Below, in pieces: positions 58,805 to 64,000 of a stretch of DNA of 64,000 nucleotides. A program made the position numbers and the translations under genes. How positions within the stretch are numbered: the stretch's first letter is position 1; the number at the start of each line of letters is the position of its first letter. Under the pieces are notes generated by a model. It made no database searches, was not told where the DNA came from, and saw only the letters and a list, made by a program, of their open reading frames with translations. The stretch comes from Phycisphaerales bacterium (lineage in GTDB: Bacteria; Planctomycetota; Phycisphaerae; WQYP01), in contig DAIDJN010000018.1 of the NCBI GenBank assembly GCA_027451365.1, positions 1-64,000 of the forward strand. The letters are read 5' to 3'.

Positions 58805-58966
58805 TGACAGTATTTCAAATCGCCGTATGTGTTCATTTTTTCCGACACGCCGCAGTTATCTGCAGTGTCGTTGCCAGGTTACGGTCAAGATGGCGATGCG
58901 TACAACTGACAGACGTGCCATGCGGCTTGAAAGAGGCACGCAGGCAGCGGCGCTTCGGCAGGCTTA

Positions 58967-61576
58967 TTACCGCAGGGGGCCGCCACGAACTTCCCGGCTG
59001 ATTCCAAGGTCAAAAAACTGTCCCCCACTGGTTTGCAATACATGCACCGCGAACAGATTGGTATGACCCGGTTTCAGCGCCTTTATTGCCTGCCTTCGAA
59101 TTTGCAGCGGCACATAACTGATACTGTAACCCGGAGCGTGGCCGGCCAGAACGCCATTTATATAAATTGTCACATCCTCATCATGGTAGCAATAAAATAC
59201 CAGCCCTTTAGCACTTCCTGCGGGCAGGGTGAATGTGCGACGCAGCCAGATGTTGTCCGTTGTCCATGACGTTTTGGGAGTAACGCCCGGATCCTGCGTA
59301 CCGAATCCCGCTGGCGCAGTTTTCCAACTGGCGTCGGAAAATCCCGGTTTAAACCAACCGGCCCCCGGCTTTTGCAGTGTGTAATGCCAGATAACCGGTT
59401 TGGTCGTCTGGTTCGCCGCCGGCACGACCGCCCGCCAGGTCGGGGGATTGGGCAGCGGCGCAAATTCGCCGGAAAGCTTTTGCCCGGCTGCGGCCCATGC
59501 ATGCCAGACCTTTTTATTGGTGAGCATAGTCATAAATACCGAACCCATGACCGGCCGGGCATACATTCCGGCACATCGGGCGTTGTTGGTCCAATAGAAA
59601 TCGGCCAAGCCGACCCGGTTGCGGGTCTGGTCGGCAAAGTGATACACGCCATCCATGATGCGATGAAAATAGACCGAACCGGGGTCCAGACTTGCCGTGA
59701 AAAAATTCCACGGGTCTTCGGTATAAAGTTTACGCGAATCAAGCGGCAGTCCATAAGCCTGCATTTTGGTCATGTAATATGCCAATTCCTTGTGCTGCAC
59801 ATCGCGCGTAAACAGATGGAGTCCGAGCACATTGCTCCAGATCATGTTGTATTTCTGGCTCCACGAATGCCGGAACTTAAAGCCCAGGCGGAAATGCGTG
59901 CCGTCTGCACTGGCGTCCGCCTTTTCCCATTGGCCGACAAATGTTTCAGCCAACACGCGGTACTTTTCAGCGCGAGTTGATTCGCCGCGCAGTGTGCACA
60001 GATAGGCATACGCACCGATGGCGTTGATGGCCTTGACCGAAAGATTCGCGTTATGCGACATGGTGCCTGCAAAATCATCCGTACAAAGCTGATTTCCCGG
60101 ATCAAAGCCATTTTTCGTCAGAAAATGCGCCCACTTGGTCAATAGCGCCCAATGGGCGTCGGCAAAGCCATGCTTGCCCCCCTCCGCCTGCGCAATCGCT
60201 GCCGTCAGTAGAATCATATTGGCGGATTCCTCCACCGGCATGGTTTCGCCGCCGCCATGAATGTGCCCCATCGCATTGGGATAGGCGCCCAAGTCATGAA
60301 TTGAATATGGCTGTGGCCAGTATTTTTTGTCACAGAACTGGAATACCGACACCATCATCGCTTTCATTAAATCCGGATTAAGCAATAGAAACATTGGCGC
60401 AGCGGGGTAAATCACATCGACCGTCGAAATGTCATTTCCACTTGTGTTTTCATCCGTCATAAGCAGTGGCTGGCCATTGGCGTCTTCCGGCATGCCCATC
60501 ATGCCGATGGATTCCCGGTAAGACAAAGCGCAAAGCTGGGCATATTTTTGGCCGCCCACCGTGGCGCAGCTGTTCCACAGTTTGTGGTCAAAGGCGCGGC
60601 ACGCCTTACGAAGCGCTGAATATTGGTCTTCCGCCTTTTTGAGCATGGCCGACGCCGTGGGCGATTCATGCATCCAGTATGGCCGCAGCCACGTCCCGTT
60701 AAGATTCACGCAATACAGTTCGTCCAGAGCGGCCAGCACATGACGTGACACCGGCTTGGCTCCCACATTTCCCATATCCATTGAAATGGCTTCCACTGGT
60801 ACAGCACCGGCCGATGACAAGGGCGAGAGTCCGGCTTGGGCCGCCGCCGTCGTCAGACCGCCCGTGGCGACGAATTGTGTTTCAAGCTTTGTCGCGTCGC
60901 CAATCGAACCATTCGCCTCATTCGCCGGCGCGGCGGTATCCATATAGCCCCAGGACAGATTCGGCGGCTGAGATTGGAGCACATATTGATTTTTAAGCCC
61001 CGCCTTAAGCACCAGCAACCCGCCGACCGTCCGGCTCTGGTTGACCAACTTCTGCCCCGGTTTACTCTCTACGATCGCCGCGCTTGTACTGTAATAAATT
61101 TGCACAGAATGGGACTGACCATCGGTGGATTTGACCCGCCAGGTGATATAGGTAACCGGCCGGCCACAGGCCGCAAGATCATCCGGCAATCGGGGCGTCA
61201 TAAAGGTAAGTCTTAATGCAACGCCGTGACCCGCAAAATGGTAAATGCTTCGCAATGCCCACACCGCCACAGATTTCTGATGCAGCGCTGGCAGATAGGC
61301 CGGCTCGCCCCCCATCAATCGAAAACATTTCCCATCAATGCGGATAACGCTGACCAGGTTTTTCACATTTCGCGCCCAGTCCTTGGTCGGGTGATAGGCC
61401 AAATGCGTGTCCCCCGCCCAGATATTCAGATAGGGATCATAGGTCAAAAGCGGAACGGCAGGCGGGCGAAATGACGCGGCCGGCCCGGCAGCGGAAACAG
61501 AACGCGCGGAACACAACAAAGCGAAAAGCAACGAGAAAGTGACCGCTGAAACACGACGCCCGGCGAATTTCATCAA
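58967..61576 (-). CDS. Glutaminase A-like (DUF4965/DUF5127/DUF1793) protein with a C-terminal carbohydrate-binding-like domain
   Basis: RPPAVPLLTYDPY, TVDVIYP, HDLGAYP, MPVEESANM, QLCTDDFAG and WSQKYN; C-terminal IWLRRTF...HDEDVTIYING. Confidence 0.85.
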   Translation of the reverse strand: MMKFAGRRVSAVTFSLLFALLCSARSVSAAGPAASFRPPAVPLLTYDPYLNIWAGDTHLAYHPTKDWARNVKNLVSVIRIDGKCFRLMGGEPAYLPALHQKSVAVWALRSIYHFAGHGVALRLTFMTPRLPDDLAACGRPVTYITWRVKSTDGQSHSVQIYYSTSAAIVESKPGQKLVNQSRTVGGLLVLKAGLKNQYVLQSQPPNLSWGYMDTAAPANEANGSIGDATKLETQFVATGGLTTAAAQAGLSPLSSAGAVPVEAISMDMGNVGAKPVSRHVLAALDELYCVNLNGTWLRPYWMHESPTASAMLKKAEDQYSALRKACRAFDHKLWNSCATVGGQKYAQLCALSYRESIGMMGMPEDANGQPLLMTDENTSGNDISTVDVIYPAAPMFLLLNPDLMKAMMVSVFQFCDKKYWPQPYSIHDLGAYPNAMGHIHGGGETMPVEESANMILLTAAIAQAEGGKHGFADAHWALLTKWAHFLTKNGFDPGNQLCTDDFAGTMSHNANLSVKAINAIGAYAYLCTLRGESTRAEKYRVLAETFVGQWEKADASADGTHFRLGFKFRHSWSQKYNMIWSNVLGLHLFTRDVQHKELAYYMTKMQAYGLPLDSRKLYTEDPWNFFTASLDPGSVYFHRIMDGVYHFADQTRNRVGLADFYWTNNARCAGMYARPVMGSVFMTMLTNKKVWHAWAAAGQKLSGEFAPLPNPPTWRAVVPAANQTTKPVIWHYTLQKPGAGWFKPGFSDASWKTAPAGFGTQDPGVTPKTSWTTDNIWLRRTFTLPAGSAKGLVFYCYHDEDVTIYINGVLAGHAPGYSISYVPLQIRRQAIKALKPGHTNLFAVHVLQTSGGQFFDLGISREVRGGPLR

Positions 61577-61677
61577 TGGTTCTCCAGTAAAAGCGAGGAA
61601 AAAATAGGATCAGACCTTTGCAATGTCCTGATATTAATGGAAAGGTGTAACGCGCGACAACGGAATTTATTTCCCTT

Positions 61678-62730
61678 TTAATGCACCTGATGATCAATAT
61701 TCCAGTTCATGTTCATCGGCGAACCGCCAGTGGACGAACCGGTATTAATCAATTCATATTGCGAATGCCACTCCACATGACCATCACAAAACAACACATT
61801 CGAACCGCCTTGATGCACATTGCCCACGGATTCCGGACCGATCCAAAGACCGTGACTGCTTGGGATGGTGTTGGTAAAACTCCAGTTCCCCGCTCCCGGT
61901 TCGGCATCATACGTCCACGGGTATCCAGTGCTTGAATTGTCCGCCATTTGTCCCGTATTTCCAGTTCCCACAAGCTCCGTCAGATTCATATGGTCGGTCA
62001 CAGCAATCATTTGCCCCGGGTTGGCAATCTTGCTGGCGGAAACCGGTATCCACCACGGCAATGTGCCTCCCAGGCCGCAGCTTTGGGACACAGCACCGCT
62101 GGAACTCGGATAATTGGGCCAGAATGAATTAACCGGTGCCCAATAGTTGGTTCCCCACGCGTTATAGCCATAGGAAGGAAATGATACAGGGCAAACATAT
62201 TGGTTTGCGCCCGCATTCCAGCCACCATAGCCAAGTGTACGCTGACCTTTTACATAACCATAGCCGTTCAGGCTGCCATCATTAAAAAGGGGCATGGTTG
62301 GATTTTGCGTTTGCACATAGGCAATATATTGCGAGGAAATGGGTTCCGCAGGACAATAAAATGTTGCCGCCGATCCCGGGCCGCCCATCATGGACATCAG
62401 TTGTGGAATCCAGACGCAGAAACCGTTGATGTCCACATTTGGCAGAAAGTTGTGGCTGGTCTGCTCGTATTCCGCCATTGCCACGCCCATTTCGTGCATA
62501 TTGGCACCGCAGGCGTCGGTTTCGGCGGCGGCCTTTGCCTGACTTAACGCGGGAAGCAGCAGACTGATTAGCAGTGCAATAATCGCAATCACGACCAGTA
62601 ATTCCACAAGGGTAAACGCATGCCGCTTCCCCGACTTCAAGGACCAATGATCCTTCACCAATGAACCAGCCAGCGTTGCCGGCCCGGATGTTTGACGAGA
62701 GCCTTCACCCTGGTATTTGACATCGAACAT
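61678..62730 (-). CDS. DUF1559 prepilin-type N-terminal / H-X9-DG protein
   Basis: KRHA|FTLVELLVVIAIIALLISLLLPALSQAK...C..N; HQGGSNVLFCDGHV; AAGGAG SD. Confidence 0.9.
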   Translation of the reverse strand: MFDVKYQGEGSRQTSGPATLAGSLVKDHWSLKSGKRHAFTLVELLVVIAIIALLISLLLPALSQAKAAAETDACGANMHEMGVAMAEYEQTSHNFLPNVDINGFCVWIPQLMSMMGGPGSAATFYCPAEPISSQYIAYVQTQNPTMPLFNDGSLNGYGYVKGQRTLGYGGWNAGANQYVCPVSFPSYGYNAWGTNYWAPVNSFWPNYPSSSGAVSQSCGLGGTLPWWIPVSASKIANPGQMIAVTDHMNLTELVGTGNTGQMADNSSTGYPWTYDAEPGAGNWSFTNTIPSSHGLWIGPESVGNVHQGGSNVLFCDGHVEWHSQYELINTGSSTGGSPMNMNWNIDHQVH

Positions 62731-62939
62731 GGTCGTCTCCTTGGACCGGCGTACAGAAATGCGATGTTCAAAATCAGCAAACCGGTGGATTCCGGCTGGT
62801 GATTCGCAAGTTTCCATTAACCGCCGTCCGCAAGACCGCCGTTTGCGAAAAAAGGGCTGGCCTATGATCGCGCTGGCCAGCTCTCCTTAATTCGATATCG
62901 GCTGTTGACCCGCATTAAAGCGCACTTTTGCCCCCGTTT

Positions 62940-63863
62940 TCAGGCCATCTTGCGCCGCTTCAGCAACAATAAGCCCATCGCACCGCTGGCGCAGAGGCCA
63001 AAAGTGGCAGGTTCTGGCGTTGCCACCTGCTGCAGACCGTAGTAGGTCGCCAATGAATTATATTCATTGGTCCCGTTTACCACGCTGTTGAACATTCGCA
63101 CCTCAGCAATGTTTCCACTGAAATAGCGGGCTATCGGGTTATATTGATCCATCGCGCCAATTAAAAAACCCGTTGAGGTATTGCGATCTGCGGTATCCAT
63201 AGTCGTGGTGCCGCTTGGCAAATAGCTTTGGGCCACATCCACGCCGTTAATAAAAATGGTAACAGCCCCAGTCGATGAATCTCGTGTCGCCGTGGCGATA
63301 ATTGTATTACCACCTGTGTAGGTGAAATTGGCGCGATCTTCCTGATCGGTATTCGCAGTTGGATTACCCTCCCCGAGAACTACTCCCTGCGAATTATCAG
63401 CCAGACCGAAGCCCCAGTCAGTCTGAATTCCGGGCTGCTCGTTTCCCACCAAACCATTCGCGTTATACCAATCATTATTGCCGGAGTAATCTCCCGCGTT
63501 GTTCGTCGTCGTGGTATCGAAAACAACGGTTATGCTGTAATCGCTGGTTGGTTGAGCAAGCGTGCCGGCCGCCACTCCGAAATTTCCAGCACCACCAAAA
63601 CTTATGTAATTGTGACCATTAAACTGGCCGTTGGAGTTATTAACCGATAAGCCGGTGCCCGCGGCAGTCGCGCTGATTGAATTAACCGAATCAGTCCAGG
63701 TATTTCCAGCCGTTAGCGCTCCCGTACTTAAAGAACTAGCATTCCAATCCGCAACCAGGCTTGCATTCACCAACTGTCCCGTGCAAGCCACGGCCAAAAC
63801 GCCAGCGCCGACAGCCCACACCGCTGACAGCCAAGATCGAGAATTAAATAGATTGGTCTTCAT
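62940..63863 (-). CDS. PEP-CTERM protein with a LamG/concanavalin-like domain
   Basis: Signal peptide; VTIFING...FLIGA...FSGNIAEVRMFN; TPEPATFGLCASGAMGLLLLKRRK. Confidence 0.85.
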   Translation of the reverse strand: MKTNLFNSRSWLSAVWAVGAGVLAVACTGQLVNASLVADWNASSLSTGALTAGNTWTDSVNSISATAAGTGLSVNNSNGQFNGHNYISFGGAGNFGVAAGTLAQPTSDYSITVVFDTTTTNNAGDYSGNNDWYNANGLVGNEQPGIQTDWGFGLADNSQGVVLGEGNPTANTDQEDRANFTYTGGNTIIATATRDSSTGAVTIFINGVDVAQSYLPSGTTTMDTADRNTSTGFLIGAMDQYNPIARYFSGNIAEVRMFNSVVNGTNEYNSLATYYGLQQVATPEPATFGLCASGAMGLLLLKRRKMA

Positions 63864-64000
63864 AAAAACTCCCTGCGAAAAAGCGCTCTCACCCGCACCT
63901 GCCCTGGCCGCACGGTCAGGCAAAACAAGGACGGGTTATTTTATTTTTATCCGGCACAATCGCACCGAATGAATCCGGGCGAAAAGATATCTCTTTACCA

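Noticed and set aside
21393..58807. Long antisense ORFs (e.g. 21393-22475, 48847-49986, 57764-58807)
   Set aside because: They are shadow frames of well-supported genes in GC-rich DNA and carry no motifs.

Overview
GC-rich bacterial chromosome segment. The gene content (DUF1559 prepilin/H-X9-DG protein, PEP-CTERM proteins, large pilin-like proteins) suggests a planctomycete, probably Phycisphaerae-like; this is inference. Left to right it holds: a partial propeller-repeat secreted protein; a ~2.2 kb rolling-circle (P2 gpA-like HUH Rep) element remnant; a PilC/GspF gene plus six pilin/pseudopilin genes; housekeeping genes (nadC, birA, kdsA, cls-like, ndk, tilS, SNF2 helicase, tRNA-Asp, WecA/O-antigen ligase); a retron-type reverse transcriptase with a candidate msr-msd RNA; a LolA/MMPL-C45/CoA-ligase operon; and a glycoside hydrolase locus headed by PEP-CTERM and DUF1559 genes. 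Two signals stand out. (1) All six prepilin genes have very long (46-103 aa) in-frame leader peptides built as mosaics of shared 7-mer, 9-mer and REP-like DNA repeat modules, including a 109-bp perfect duplication, and these repeats stop short of the prepilin cleavage site. (2) The retron appears to lack a protein effector: its ncRNA has its own predicted promoter and terminator and is preceded by a second ~180-nt structured element. All calls come from motif reading by eye; no database searches were run.
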